Notes: generated from the letters alone by a model not told the origin. A stretch of 64,000 bases of DNA from Marispirochaeta sp. (GCA_963676835.2 CAXXFF010000002.1:128001-192000), one strand, 5' to 3'; positions 20,375-30,957 are shown, numbered from the stretch's first letter. Numbers and translations: made by a program.

Positions 20375-21376
20375 ATGGCGTTTTTCGACCTGCCCCTGGA
20401 GGAACTTGCAATTTACCAGCCCGATGTCAAAGAACCTGATGATTTCGATCAGTTCTGGTCGGATACTCTCTCGGAAAGCCGCAGTTTTGACTTGGATCCC
20501 CGGTTTGAGAAAAAAGATTTCGGTCTTACCCAGATAGAAACCTACGATGTGAGTTTCCGGGGTTTTGCAGGACAGGAGATCAAAGGCTGGTTCCTGCTGC
20601 CCTCCGGAGCCGAGGGCCCTCTTCCGGGGATTGTGCAGTATATCGGCTACGGCGGCGGCCGGGGCTTTGCCACGGACTGGCTGGGCTGGCCTGCCGCTGG
20701 TTACGGCTGTCTGGTAATGGATACCCGGGGCCAGGGATCAAAATGGCGGAGAGGAGATACTCCCGACCTGGAACTCTCCGGCGGCAATCCCCAGTACCCG
20801 GGCTTCATGACCAGGGGTATTCTCAACCGCAATGACTATTACTACCGCAGACTTATTACCGATGCAGTCAGAGCCGTGGAAACAATCCGCAGTCACCATA
20901 AAATTGACGGAGACAGAATTGCCCTTACAGGTATCAGCCAGGGAGGGGGTCTTTCCATTGCCGCTGCCGCCCTGGACGGAAAAGTTACCGCCGCAATGCC
21001 GGATGTTCCCTTTCTCTGCCATTTCCGCCGGGCATGCACCATTACCGATATGCTACCCTATAAGGAGATCGCCGAGTTCTGCCACACCCACCGGGATAAA
21101 GAAGAGATAGTCTTCAACACATTGAACTATTTTGACAACCTCCATTTTGCCAGACGGGCAGAGATGCCCGCGCTCTTTTCCACCGCCCAGATGGACCAGA
21201 TATGCCCTCCTTCAACTGTCTATGCCGCCTATAACAGCTGGCGGGGAAAGAAAGAGATACGGACATATACCTTTAACGGTCACGAAGGGGGAGAAAGCTA
21301 TCAGTTTCTCGAGCAGCTCTCTTTCCTGTCAGGAATGGCAAAAATGACAAAAGCTGCCGGGCCAAACGGACAGTGA
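20375..21376 (+). CDS. Acetylxylan esterase / cephalosporin-C deacetylase (CE7)
   Basis: DTRGQ, GISQGG nucleophile elbow, [14 protein letters not shown]. Confidence 0.92.
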   Translation: MAFFDLPLEELAIYQPDVKEPDDFDQFWSDTLSESRSFDLDPRFEKKDFGLTQIETYDVSFRGFAGQEIKGWFLLPSGAEGPLPGIVQYIGYGGGRGFATDWLGWPAAGYGCLVMDTRGQGSKWRRGDTPDLELSGGNPQYPGFMTRGILNRNDYYYRRLITDAVRAVETIRSHHKIDGDRIALTGISQGGGLSIAAAALDGKVTAAMPDVPFLCHFRRACTITDMLPYKEIAEFCHTHRDKEEIVFNTLNYFDNLHFARRAEMPALFSTAQMDQICPPSTVYAAYNSWRGKKEIRTYTFNGHEGGESYQFLEQLSFLSGMAKMTKAAGPNGQ

Positions 21377-21723
21377 CAAAGGACTCTCTTCCGGGACTGC
21401 TGTTTCCGGTACTTACCGTTGCCCTACTGGCGGCAGGTCAGGTTTCCGCAAAATACGGTGCCTCCCTTAAAGCCGCTGGCAGCGGAGGTCTTCTCTATCT
21501 GCTCATTTCATACGGATGCTATATGCTCAGGGGAATTACCTGGGCAGGGACGCTGCGCCGCATGCCGGTAAGCCGGGCATACCCCTTACTGGCCGCTGGA
21601 TATCCTCTTATTCTCATCCTTTCATTTGCGATTTTCCGGGAAGAGTTAAATGCCGTAAAAGCTGTGGGCGCCGCTTTCATTACCCTGGGAGTCATTCTTG
21701 CCGGAGCATCTTCTGATGAATAG
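21373..21723 (+). CDS. SMR/EamA small 4-TM protein (ArnE/ArnF-like)
   Basis: 116 aa, 4 [14 protein letters not shown]; overlaps the esterase stop. Confidence 0.75.
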   Translation: MTKDSLPGLLFPVLTVALLAAGQVSAKYGASLKAAGSGGLLYLLISYGCYMLRGITWAGTLRRMPVSRAYPLLAAGYPLILILSFAIFREELNAVKAVGAAFITLGVILAGASSDE

Positions 21724-22078
21724 CTGTACAGCCGCCGCAGAAGTAATTCTCACCGGGATAATAACCTCAACAGCACAGATCCTGCTGCGCCAGGCCGCCC
21801 CGAAGATTGTCTTTAACCGGGGACCGGTGAGTTTCATTGCTTCTGTTATCAATCCGCGTCTTGTAATCGGCGTATGTCTTGCCGCCGGGGCGCCACTGCT
21901 TTATTTTCATGCCCTCCAGACCCTTCCACTCTCCCTGGCCTTCGGCCTTTCAGCCCTCTCCTATATATGGGTACCCCTGGGAGGATGTCTCGTTCTCCGG
22001 GAACGCATTAACCGCCGGCGCCTTCTGGGAACTGCCGGCATCATCACCGGACTGCTGATCTGGAGTATCGGGCTTTGA
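21716..22078 (+). CDS. SMR/EamA small 4-TM protein (ArnE/ArnF-like)
   Basis: AQILLR, LPLSLAF, LRERI; 4 TM. Confidence 0.75.
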   Translation: MNSCTAAAEVILTGIITSTAQILLRQAAPKIVFNRGPVSFIASVINPRLVIGVCLAAGAPLLYFHALQTLPLSLAFGLSALSYIWVPLGGCLVLRERINRRRLLGTAGIITGLLIWSIGL

Positions 22079-22824
22079 AAATTACCCTGGTTATTCCCAC
22101 ATTTAACGGCTCCGAAGAGCTCAAGCGGCTTATGGAACAGGTGGAAGCAGTACTCGAACAGTCAGACTTTGCGGATTACGAAATAGTCCTGGTGGATGAC
22201 GGAAGCTGCGGGGAATACCGGCTCTTTATTGAAGACAAACTGATGCCGGAGCACCCCTGCCTGAGGGTACTCTACCTCCAGGGGAACTATGGGCAACAGC
22301 TTGCAACTATTACCGGACTAGCTCATGCCCGGGGAGATATAATAGCCACCATGGATGATGACCTGGAACACCCCCCGGCACAGCTGACCACATTAATACA
22401 AAGTATCCGGGAAGGCAGCGACCTTGCTTATGGAATTGCCGAAATTTCCTACGGTTCGCTGCTGAGAAAGTGGGGAGCCCTTCTCAGAGACCAGGTGTTT
22501 CGCCGCGTACTCAGGGTCCCTGCGGGGATACGGGTTTCAAGCTTCAGAGCCATGACCCGGGAGCTCGCCCTGGCGGTTATCGCCGGCCCCTGCCCCTGGC
22601 CCTACTTTTCCGCCATGGCCGTACGCCGCCATCCCCGTATTGCAAATATCGCCATGGATTTTCCCCGCAGAACCGACGGCAGGCAGAGAATTCTCCCTCT
22701 TGCCTTACTTCTGCTTAGAATCCTCCTGGCCTATTCTCTCCCGGGAGCAAAAAAGGCTCCACCGGTCAAGCTGCCTCCCCATGCGGAAATATTCTGCTCC
22801 CCCGCAGCGGGAGAGCTGCCGTGA
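22075..22824 (+). CDS. GT2 polyprenol-phosphate glycosyltransferase (ArnC/GtrB-like)
   Basis: VIPTFN, VDDGS, NYGQQ, MDDDLEHPP, SSFRAM. Confidence 0.87.
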   Translation: MKITLVIPTFNGSEELKRLMEQVEAVLEQSDFADYEIVLVDDGSCGEYRLFIEDKLMPEHPCLRVLYLQGNYGQQLATITGLAHARGDIIATMDDDLEHPPAQLTTLIQSIREGSDLAYGIAEISYGSLLRKWGALLRDQVFRRVLRVPAGIRVSSFRAMTRELALAVIAGPCPWPYFSAMAVRRHPRIANIAMDFPRRTDGRQRILPLALLLLRILLAYSLPGAKKAPPVKLPPHAEIFCSPAAGELP

Positions 22825-24065
22825 GTACAATCCTTGTATTGGGAGGCGGAAGCAGTCAGTTTTCGGGAATCCACCGCTGCCGCGAAATGGGACACCGGGT
22901 TATTGTTGCGGATATAAACGCGAATGCCCCGGGCTGTGCCCTTGCCAATGGCTTTGCGGAAGCCAGTACCTTTGATCCGATAGGGGTTATCCAGGCGGCA
23001 AAAAAACACAGGGCCGACGGGATTCTCACCATGGGAAGCGACCAGCCGGTCCTCACCCAGGCCATTGCAGCGGCCGAGCTGGGACTGCCGTCATTCCTTT
23101 CTCCGGAAGCAGCCCTGGCGGCAACCAATAAAAAAGCGATGAAGCTTCCACTCCGGTCGGCAGGCGTTCCGCTTGCCCCCTTTGATATCCTTTCAGCCGG
23201 AATCCGGCGGGTACCGGAGTCAATTAAACTCCCGGCAGTTATGAAACCCCTGGACAGCCAGGGCCAGCGGGGTATTTTTTACCTTACCCGGAGGGAGATT
23301 CCCCGGGAAAACATAGAGGAAACCCTCTCCTATTCGAGGCAGACGGAATTTATAGTAGAAGAGTTTTATCCCGGAGGAGAGGTTACCCTCTCCGGCTGGC
23401 TCTGCGGGGGAGAACTGCAGGTGTTCAGTATCACCGACCGGGTAACCCGCCACCTGCTGCCCCGGCTGGGGGTTTGTTTTGCCCACCGTTTTCCCAGCAT
23501 GTATGCAGACAGGAGAGCTGATATTACCGCTGTCGCCGAGGACGCACTCAAGACCCTGAACATAACGGAAGGACCGGTTTACATACAGCTTTTTGTCGGC
23601 CCGGAAGGAATCGTTATTAACGAAGTAGCCTGCCGCCTTGGCGGTGCCTACGAGGATGAGTTTATACCTCTTATAACAGGTATAGATATCCTTGATCTGC
23701 TCATCCGGGGCAGCCTGGGTGAAAAAATACTGCCGGAAGAGATTCGCCCTGCAATAACCAGCCCTCCGGCAGTGACTGTACCACTGCTCTTCTGCCGTCC
23801 GGGAAAAATAGATCACTGGCAGGGAACAGCTGAAGCCGCAGCAATTCCAGGGATAGTGAATTATACACCGATTCTGCCGGCAGGCACCGTTATCGGCAAC
23901 ACGGAAAACTCTACCCAGCGGGCAGCCTACGCAATTATCAGCAGCCCCACTCCGGCGGAGGCAAACCTTTCTGTAGAGGAGTTTTTCCGCACCGCAGGCC
24001 CTGTTGATGAAGAAGAAAACCCCATGTTTATCGATTCCCGCCATGAGATGTGCTTTCCTTTTTAG
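22821..24065 (+). CDS. ATP-grasp domain ligase
   Basis: VLGGG, TNKxxMK, KPLDSQGQRG, IVEEF, INEVACRLGG. Confidence 0.87.
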   Translation: MSTILVLGGGSSQFSGIHRCREMGHRVIVADINANAPGCALANGFAEASTFDPIGVIQAAKKHRADGILTMGSDQPVLTQAIAAAELGLPSFLSPEAALAATNKKAMKLPLRSAGVPLAPFDILSAGIRRVPESIKLPAVMKPLDSQGQRGIFYLTRREIPRENIEETLSYSRQTEFIVEEFYPGGEVTLSGWLCGGELQVFSITDRVTRHLLPRLGVCFAHRFPSMYADRRADITAVAEDALKTLNITEGPVYIQLFVGPEGIVINEVACRLGGAYEDEFIPLITGIDILDLLIRGSLGEKILPEEIRPAITSPPAVTVPLLFCRPGKIDHWQGTAEAAAIPGIVNYTPILPAGTVIGNTENSTQRAAYAIISSPTPAEANLSVEEFFRTAGPVDEEENPMFIDSRHEMCFPF

Positions 24066-24085
24066 TGTTATTTCTTAACGCCTTT

Positions 24086-24139
24086 CTCCGATCTCTCCGC
24101 TCTCTTCGATCACTTCGATAACTTCGATAACTTCGATCT
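24086..24139. repeat. Intergenic 9-bp tandem repeat, 6 imperfect units
   Basis: ctccgatct ctccgctct cttcgatca cttcgataa cttcgataa cttcgatct. Confidence 0.85.
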
Positions 24140-24200
24140 TTATGTTTCCGGCCCGGGAACTCTTTACTGCCGCCATGCCGAAAAGGTATTCTGAAGTTCT

Positions 24201-25211
24201 ATGACAGGATTTCCGGGTTTAACCAGCAGCTTTACAAGCTTTACGTCAGGCAAATTATTTCGAATCATTACCTCTGCTCTGATACTTCTTTCAGCAGGAC
24301 TTTTTTTCAGCTGTTCCGGTAAAGACAGCACCCAAACCCTGCGTATCGCAGAGCAGTATGGTCTGGCCTATGCTCCCCTTCAGCTTATCCGCCTGGAGAA
24401 ACAGCTTGAAGAAGCAGGAATAAAGACGGAATGGGTCAAACTGATCAACACCGCCTCCATCCGGGAAGCCATGCTGGCCGGCAGGGTGGATATCGGCTTT
24501 ATGGGGATTCCCCCGTTTCTCATCGGCCGGGATAAAGGTATGGACTGGAAGATTTTCACCGGACTCTGCCGGGCGCCCCTGGGGCTGGTCAGCCGCAACA
24601 GGGAACTCAACAGCCTCGCAGACTTAAGAGCGGAAGACAGAATAGCCCTTCCCCAGCCGGGAAGTATTCAGCATATTCTTCTCTCCATGGCCGCCGAAAG
24701 GGAACTGGGGGACAGCCGCCGCTTCGACTCCAGGCTGGTTACCCTCTCCCACCCCGACGGATTTTCCGCACTCTCGAAGGGCAGCGGCATCAGCGCCCAC
24801 TATACATCGCCCCCCTATCTGTTCGAGGAGCTTAAACTTAAGGGAGCACGACTGCTTTCGGACGGAGAAACAGCCTTCGGCGGCCCTTTTACCTTTATTG
24901 TGGGAGTTGCCCGGGGAAATCTGTCTATGGAAAAACAGAAACTGCTGCGGAACTTCAATCGTATTCTAATAGCAGCCATGGAACGTTTTGAATCAGATCC
25001 TGAAAGCACCATACAAACTCTGAAATCAGAATACGCCATTTCCGAGTCCCTGCTCACTGAGTACCTCCTATCCGAAGGGCTTGAATACACTCCGGAAATT
25101 CTGGGAGTAGAACGGTTTCAGGATTTTATGTACACCTCAGCGTTGATAGAATCTTCTCCGGCGAAAATTGATTCACTTATCCTGAAAGTGGCCGGAGAAG
25201 TACAGCAGTGA
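24201..25211 (+). CDS. NitT/TauT-family ABC substrate-binding lipoprotein
   Basis: Lipobox FFSC; IAEQYGLAYAPL, IALPQPGSIQH. Confidence 0.85.
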   Translation: MTGFPGLTSSFTSFTSGKLFRIITSALILLSAGLFFSCSGKDSTQTLRIAEQYGLAYAPLQLIRLEKQLEEAGIKTEWVKLINTASIREAMLAGRVDIGFMGIPPFLIGRDKGMDWKIFTGLCRAPLGLVSRNRELNSLADLRAEDRIALPQPGSIQHILLSMAAERELGDSRRFDSRLVTLSHPDGFSALSKGSGISAHYTSPPYLFEELKLKGARLLSDGETAFGGPFTFIVGVARGNLSMEKQKLLRNFNRILIAAMERFESDPESTIQTLKSEYAISESLLTEYLLSEGLEYTPEILGVERFQDFMYTSALIESSPAKIDSLILKVAGEVQQ

Positions 25212-26002
25212 AAATCTCAGGATTTCTTAATTCCCTGAAAAAAACTGCAGTCCGCCTCCTGATTTTCCTGCTGACAGGTCTGATCTGGGAAATCACCCGC
25301 AGGGCAAGCGGAGCACCGGAGGCACTGTTTCCTTCAATACCTGCAATTCTGAACCGACTTGCCATAGCCGTATTCAATGAGGATCTGAAAGAGCAGATAC
25401 TCTTTTCCCTGATACTTATCGGTTCAGGCCTTGCCGCCGGTTCTGTAACCGCCGCCTTTCTGGTTTTCCTTGCAGAACTGCACCCCGTCATGGGAAAGGC
25501 AGTTGATACCGCTGCCGCTGTATTCCACCCCCTGCCGGGGATTGCCCTCCTGCCGGTGGTAATACTCTGGTTCGGCACCGGAATTCCTGCAGTACTTATT
25601 ATAATCGTCCACTCTGTTCTCTGGCCCCTGACGGTGAATCTGAAAAGCGGGTATGAAAACCTGCCAGCCACATGGAGAATGGTGGCGGATATCTTCGGGT
25701 ATTCCCCTGCAGAACGGTTTTTCCGCATAACCCTTCCCGGCTCCTTTCCTTTTGTGCTGTCAGGCCTCAAGATCGCCTGGGCAAGAGCCTGGCGGGCCCT
25801 CATCAGCGCCGAAATGGTTTTTGGTGCCGTAGCCTATGCCGGAGGGATCGGCTGGTTTATTTTTTCCCGGAGGATATTCATGGATACCGCCGGCATCTTT
25901 GCGGGGATTCTGGTGGTAGTCGCCCTGGGACTCATTGTCGAGCAGGGCCTGTTCCGCCCCCTTGAAAAAGCCGCCCGGAAAAGATGGGGAACCCTGCCGT
26001 GA
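25208..26002 (+). CDS. NitT/TauT-family ABC permease
   Basis: PLPGIALLP..WFG, AWRALISAE. Confidence 0.9.
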   Translation: MKISGFLNSLKKTAVRLLIFLLTGLIWEITRRASGAPEALFPSIPAILNRLAIAVFNEDLKEQILFSLILIGSGLAAGSVTAAFLVFLAELHPVMGKAVDTAAAVFHPLPGIALLPVVILWFGTGIPAVLIIIVHSVLWPLTVNLKSGYENLPATWRMVADIFGYSPAERFFRITLPGSFPFVLSGLKIAWARAWRALISAEMVFGAVAYAGGIGWFIFSRRIFMDTAGIFAGILVVVALGLIVEQGLFRPLEKAARKRWGTLP

Positions 26003-26736
26003 AGAACCTTCTCTCCTTCAGAAACACCCGTATTGAATATCCCGGAAGCCCTCGGCCGGTACTGCAGAATTTTTCCATGGAGCTTAAACAGGGAGAACTC
26101 CTCTGCGTTCTCGGACCATCGGGCTGCGGAAAATCCACCCTGCTTAAAGCCGCTGCAGGCCTTATCTCTCCCGCAAAGGGCAGTATAACTCTATCACCGT
26201 CATCTCCGGAGAGGCTGTACCCGCGGGTTCTGGTACTTCAGCAGGAGGATCAGCTCTTTCCATGGATGACTGTAGAGGATAATGCCGGCATTCCCTTGAA
26301 AAGAGGGGGAAACAAAAACTGGCGGCAGAAAACACGGGAAATCCTTGCATCCCTTTCCATGGGGGATGCCGCCGGACTCTATCCGCACCAGCTTTCCGGG
26401 GGTATGCGGCAGAGGGCGGTCCTGGCCAGGGCCCTTGCCGCGGAACCGGAACTGCTGATGCTCGATGAACCCTTTGCCCATCTGGATGCCTCGGTGCGCT
26501 CATCCCTGCAGCATCTGGTAACAGATATCTGGCAGCAAAAAGAGAGCATGCCTTCCACGATTCTGTTTGTTACCCACGATATACAGGAAGCCCTGGTTCT
26601 GGCCTCAAGGATTCTGCTGTTTGACAGTAAAGGAAATATCCGGGAAGACAGAATAATAGAACTCCCCCGTCCGCGGGATCCCTTTGACGAAGAACTTGTT
26701 GCCATGGTCAGGGAAATCAGGAATCTCCTGGACTGA
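25999..26736 (+). CDS. NitT/TauT-family ABC ATPase
   Basis: [25 protein letters not shown]. Confidence 0.92.
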   Translation: MKNLLSFRNTRIEYPGSPRPVLQNFSMELKQGELLCVLGPSGCGKSTLLKAAAGLISPAKGSITLSPSSPERLYPRVLVLQQEDQLFPWMTVEDNAGIPLKRGGNKNWRQKTREILASLSMGDAAGLYPHQLSGGMRQRAVLARALAAEPELLMLDEPFAHLDASVRSSLQHLVTDIWQQKESMPSTILFVTHDIQEALVLASRILLFDSKGNIREDRIIELPRPRDPFDEELVAMVREIRNLLD

Positions 26737-28306
26737 AATCGAGCCGGTAGATTCGAACCTTCCACTCTTCCCGGTAGCGGTAGGCAGCAATCCTCATCCC
26801 GTAACCCGGGCTGGAAAACTCTTTTATAAGAGTGCCATCATTTTTCAGCAGCTCCTTCATTTCCGGATACCAGTAGGCAATATTGCCGTACAGTACATTC
26901 CACACCGGTCTGCGGGAATAAATAAAATCCAGCTCATCCGACAGAATTACATACTCTACAGACCGTTCCTTCAGGTACTCATCCAGACTGATTCCCGCAG
27001 AGCGGAGTTCCGCAAGATTTCTCCAGTCATAAAACTGCCCACCCGTCCCGGTCACATATTCGCCATAAAGATTACTCACTACTGTAGAATCCGCAGACAC
27101 CACATCCCGGATCTCTCCCATAAAGGACTGAAAGGACTCGGTCTCCCGGGAAATATCAGACAGGGAAAACCGGATATTTGCGGCCAAAAGAAGAACCGGA
27201 ATCACCAGCAGGAGTTTTTTCAGCATGAAATTCCCCGCAGGAAGAAGCGCACCGTAGATCCCCAGGTAAAAGAAAGGCAGGAGAAAAACGATTGAAGGCT
27301 GACTGTACTTACCAATAAGTGCCACAGCTATTGAAAAGCCCGCAAAGCCTGCCAGGGGCAGAGAATTACGGTTCCGGAAAAAATCGATAGTCAGAACCAG
27401 GGGAAACAGCAGCATCTGCAGCATAATCGGCGGAGTATGATAGGTCCCGCCTATGCGGAAAAACAGCTTTTTATAGAAAGCGGGAAGTCTCAGCCATTTA
27501 ATATCCGCCGGCTCCAGAACACCCAGAGGCCTGCCGTAGGCCAGATAATCAGAAATAAACGATGCATTAAAAAGGAAGCTGAGCAGCACAAAAACCGACG
27601 CAAAAATCCCCGTAGACAGAAGAAAAAGAAGCCCCTCTTTTAGGGTCCGTTTTCTTAACCCGATTGAGACCAAAAGAAAAAGTCCTGCCGGCCAGGCAAT
27701 AATAAAAGCATTGGGATGAAAACCGGCAGCAAGCCCCGTCACCGCCCCGGCAAAAAAGCCGCGCTTACCCGGGGGTAAATCATTTTTTGTCAGAAGAACC
27801 AGAACAGCAGTTTCCAGCAGAAGCAGCAGACTCTCCTGCCTGGCAAAATGGCTGCTGTAGATAAACTGAATATCCGCAGCCATTAGTAGGAGCATAAAAA
27901 TTCGCAGGAATTCTGATCTTCTGTTTTCCGCCTCATTCCGCCCCTCCCCGCCATTGCCGGGAGAGATATTGTGCAGAAGACGCCAGAATAAGAGCAGACT
28001 TACTGTTCCGGCCAGAAGTGAGAGAAGCCGCACAGCAAAAAGGCTGTAGCCGAAGAGCAGAACAAAGGGTATCTGCAGCAGATGGTAGAGTATTTTTATT
28101 GCATGGGGATGCCGGGGATAAAGATCAAAGAAGTCTTCCGTTGCAGCAGGAGATCCGGCATCCATCATGGAGAGGGTAAGCCCGCTCAGCCATGGCTCAT
28201 CGGTATGAACAAAAGGATAGGTATCCAGAAAAAGCAGGTTTACGGCAAACCACGACAGAGCGATAAAAATGACTATATGAGCTTCGCGGAGTTTACAGTC
28301 GACCAT
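26717..28306 (-). CDS. GT-C fold (ArnT/PMT, GT39/GT83-like) membrane glycosyltransferase
   Basis: First-loop HTDEPW, RLLSLL, SHFARQE, FHPN; >10 TM. Confidence 0.82.
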   Translation of the reverse strand: MVDCKLREAHIVIFIALSWFAVNLLFLDTYPFVHTDEPWLSGLTLSMMDAGSPAATEDFFDLYPRHPHAIKILYHLLQIPFVLLFGYSLFAVRLLSLLAGTVSLLLFWRLLHNISPGNGGEGRNEAENRRSEFLRIFMLLLMAADIQFIYSSHFARQESLLLLLETAVLVLLTKNDLPPGKRGFFAGAVTGLAAGFHPNAFIIAWPAGLFLLVSIGLRKRTLKEGLLFLLSTGIFASVFVLLSFLFNASFISDYLAYGRPLGVLEPADIKWLRLPAFYKKLFFRIGGTYHTPPIMLQMLLFPLVLTIDFFRNRNSLPLAGFAGFSIAVALIGKYSQPSIVFLLPFFYLGIYGALLPAGNFMLKKLLLVIPVLLLAANIRFSLSDISRETESFQSFMGEIRDVVSADSTVVSNLYGEYVTGTGGQFYDWRNLAELRSAGISLDEYLKERSVEYVILSDELDFIYSRRPVWNVLYGNIAYWYPEMKELLKNDGTLIKEFSSPGYGMRIAAYRYREEWKVRIYRLDFSPGDS

Positions 28307-28307
28307 A

Positions 28308-29072
28308 TCAGGCCCAGATATACTTGAGAACTTCCTCTCTCAGGGCGACAAACTCAGGTAAAGATTTTATCTCCCGGCTGTCCCGGTCGGAGTAACCGGA
28401 GCTGAACGGCGTCTCCACCTTCTGCAGAATCCGTCCGGGAAGTTCAGACATCACATAAACCTGAGTGGAGAGATAAATAGCTTCTTCAACGCTGTGAGTA
28501 ATGAATAACACAGTTTTCCGGGTTTCCCTCCACAGGCTCAGGAGCTCTTCCTGAAGGTGCTCACGGGTAAGAACATCCAGCGCTCCGAAGGGTTCATCCA
28601 TGAGCAGAATATCCGGATCATTGGCAAGAATCCGGGCAATGGCTACCCGCTGCTGCATTCCCCCCGAAAGCTCATAGGGCTGCATGTGGCCGAAATCCGA
28701 CAAATGAACCCTGCGCAGGTTCTCCTCAACAATTCTCTTCTGCTCCGATCTGGCAACTCCCCGCATTTTCAGCCCGAAGGCGACATTCTGTTCCACATTG
28801 AGCCATGGATAGAGGGAGGGCTTCTGGAATACTATCCCCCGGTCCTTTCCGGGGGCTGTCAGGGGGGCACCCTTTTCCATAATCGTACCCCTGGTCGGGG
28901 GAAGAAACCCGCCGATAACGTTAAGCAGGGTCGACTTTCCGCAGCCCGAAGGGCCGACAATACTGATAAAATCACCCTGATTCACCGTCAGGGAAACATC
29001 CTGTACCGCGGAAAGAGGACCCTTTTTTGTCTCAAAGTCTACGGATATCCCGGAGAGTTCCAGAAGATTCAA
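28308..29072 (-). CDS. TauB-like ABC ATPase
   Basis: [34 protein letters not shown]. Confidence 0.92.
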   Translation of the reverse strand: MNLLELSGISVDFETKKGPLSAVQDVSLTVNQGDFISIVGPSGCGKSTLLNVIGGFLPPTRGTIMEKGAPLTAPGKDRGIVFQKPSLYPWLNVEQNVAFGLKMRGVARSEQKRIVEENLRRVHLSDFGHMQPYELSGGMQQRVAIARILANDPDILLMDEPFGALDVLTREHLQEELLSLWRETRKTVLFITHSVEEAIYLSTQVYVMSELPGRILQKVETPFSSGYSDRDSREIKSLPEFVALREEVLKYIWA

Positions 29073-29076
29073 ACTG

Positions 29077-30099
29077 CTACTGCCCCAGAGCCTCTTCTAT
29101 ATACTCAGGATGAAGAGCCGCCTTGAAGGCATCAATATCGGGAGACGAGATAATGGTCTGCTGGGTAACCAGAAAATCCGCAGTTGCCTTCAGCACACCG
29201 GCAAGATCTCCGATCTGCCCCTGTGTTCCCATATACCGGGAGGAGATCTGGTCTTCTCCGGTCAGCAGCACCAGACTTTTCATCTGCCGGGCAGCCTCTG
29301 CCTCGGGAATATCGAACTGACGGCTTACTGCAGCAGCAGCCTCACTGCTGTTTTCATTGTAAAAATCTACAGCACGGATCTCGCTCTTTATATACTTTGT
29401 CACCAGGTCGGGGTATTTTTCGGCGAACCCCTTTCTAACCACGGTAATATCTCCGGTAAGGTATCCGGCCGCTGCCAGTTTTCTGGAGTAGACAACAACC
29501 TTACCGCCACTCTCAACCATTTTTGCAAGAGTGGGCTCCCAGATAAAGCTGCCGTCAATATCTCCCCGGTGCCAGGCTGCCAGGGCATCAGGAGGCTGCA
29601 TATCAAAAATATCAACAGTTTCGGGATCTACCCCTTCAAGCTCCAGGGCTGCCAGCAGATGATAATGAGTGGTTGCACCAAAGGGAACAGCAATCTTCTT
29701 GCCCGCAAGGCTCTTTACATCGGTAATGCCAGAATCGTTTTTAACCACCAGAGCCTCATTGTCTCCGATAATATCGTGTATCCAGATCACATCGAAGGGA
29801 ACCTTGTTGGCAATACCCGCAGCAATTCCACTGCTTCCGGAAAGACCGATATCAATACTTCCCGCGGCAAGGCCAGTATTGAGTTCTGATCCCGAGTTCA
29901 GCTGAACCCATTCCACCAGAATACCGGTCTCCTCTTCGAACCAACCAAAATCCTTGGAGATTATCTGGCCGTTTGGTATGGCCTGAAATCCGATAACGAT
30001 CTTTTCCGGAGCACCGGAAGCGGATTCTTTATTCCCTGCAGCTGCAGCATCAAGTGCAAACAGTGCAAGAAGAGACAGCAGTACGATTCCTTTCTTCAT
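29077..30099 (-). CDS. TauA-like taurine/sulfonate substrate-binding protein
   Basis: GSSGIAAG, NEALVV, IAVPFGATTHYHLL, MQPP..AAW.RGDID; resembles TauA. Confidence 0.82.
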   Translation of the reverse strand: MKKGIVLLSLLALFALDAAAAGNKESASGAPEKIVIGFQAIPNGQIISKDFGWFEEETGILVEWVQLNSGSELNTGLAAGSIDIGLSGSSGIAAGIANKVPFDVIWIHDIIGDNEALVVKNDSGITDVKSLAGKKIAVPFGATTHYHLLAALELEGVDPETVDIFDMQPPDALAAWHRGDIDGSFIWEPTLAKMVESGGKVVVYSRKLAAAGYLTGDITVVRKGFAEKYPDLVTKYIKSEIRAVDFYNENSSEAAAAVSRQFDIPEAEAARQMKSLVLLTGEDQISSRYMGTQGQIGDLAGVLKATADFLVTQQTIISSPDIDAFKAALHPEYIEEALGQ

Positions 30100-30165
30100 A
30101 GTCAATCCTCTTGTTCTTTATATTTTTCTGCCCTTTATACAAGGCCTCTTATACCTGTTGGATTT

Positions 30166-30957
30166 TTATACTTTCCCTTTCCAGGGAACGATCATCAGCT
30201 CGGCTATCCGGATAATCCTGTCCAGAATTATCCCGGTTATTCCCATAACAATAATCCCCATAAACATCACATCGCCCCGTAAGAATTTTCCCGCATCAAG
30301 CACCATCCAGCCGATACCGGAACGTGCCGCCACAATCTCCGAGGAGACAAGGGTGGTGTAGGTAAATCCTATACTGACCCGCATCCCGGTGAAAATACCC
30401 GGCAGACAGGAGGGAAAAATAACATGTACTAAAGTCTTCCATTTCCCCGCCCCGAGAGACCGGGCAACATGCACTCTCTCCATGGGGACAGAGGCAACAG
30501 CCGCCATGGCATTAATAGACAAAGGAGGAAAAGCAGCCATAAAAAGAAGGGTGATCTTCGATGCATTGCCAATGCCCAGCCATATAACCAGAATAGTGTA
30601 GTACGCCAGAGGCGGAAGGGGCCGGTAGAATTCAACCAGGGGATCAAAAACTGCCTTCACCTTTCTGCTGTAGCCCATAAACATGCCTAAGGGGATGGCC
30701 ACAATACAGGCTAAAAGAAAACCGGAAATAACCCGAAACAGACTGTCCCCTAAATGGTCCAGCAGTGTTCCTCCCCGGTACCCGTTAAGTGCGATATCCT
30801 TGAAGGCCTGAAAGACGCTGGCAGGAGTTGGGATAAAGTACTCGGGGAAAATCTTCAGACCGGCAATAACCGTCCAGGCCAGTAAAATGGCCAGAACCGA
30901 CAGTACCGAGATAATAAATTCACTTATTCTTTCTTTATCGTACTTCTTCATTCCCAT
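30166..30957 (-). CDS. TauC-like ABC permease
   Basis: FYRPLPPLAY, TTLVSSEIVAA, VPWKGK C-terminus. Confidence 0.88.
   Translation of the reverse strand: MGMKKYDKERISEFIISVLSVLAILLAWTVIAGLKIFPEYFIPTPASVFQAFKDIALNGYRGGTLLDHLGDSLFRVISGFLLACIVAIPLGMFMGYSRKVKAVFDPLVEFYRPLPPLAYYTILVIWLGIGNASKITLLFMAAFPPLSINAMAAVASVPMERVHVARSLGAGKWKTLVHVIFPSCLPGIFTGMRVSIGFTYTTLVSSEIVAARSGIGWMVLDAGKFLRGDVMFMGIIVMGITGIILDRIIRIAELMIVPWKGKV

Noticed and set aside
24086..24139. Tandem repeat as a CRISPR array
   Set aside because: 9-bp units without spacers; no cas genes
26741..26775. GGTTCGAATC T-loop-like motif on the minus strand (possible tRNA or att remnant)
   Set aside because: T-stem does not pair, there is no cloverleaf, and it lies inside the GT-C coding sequence
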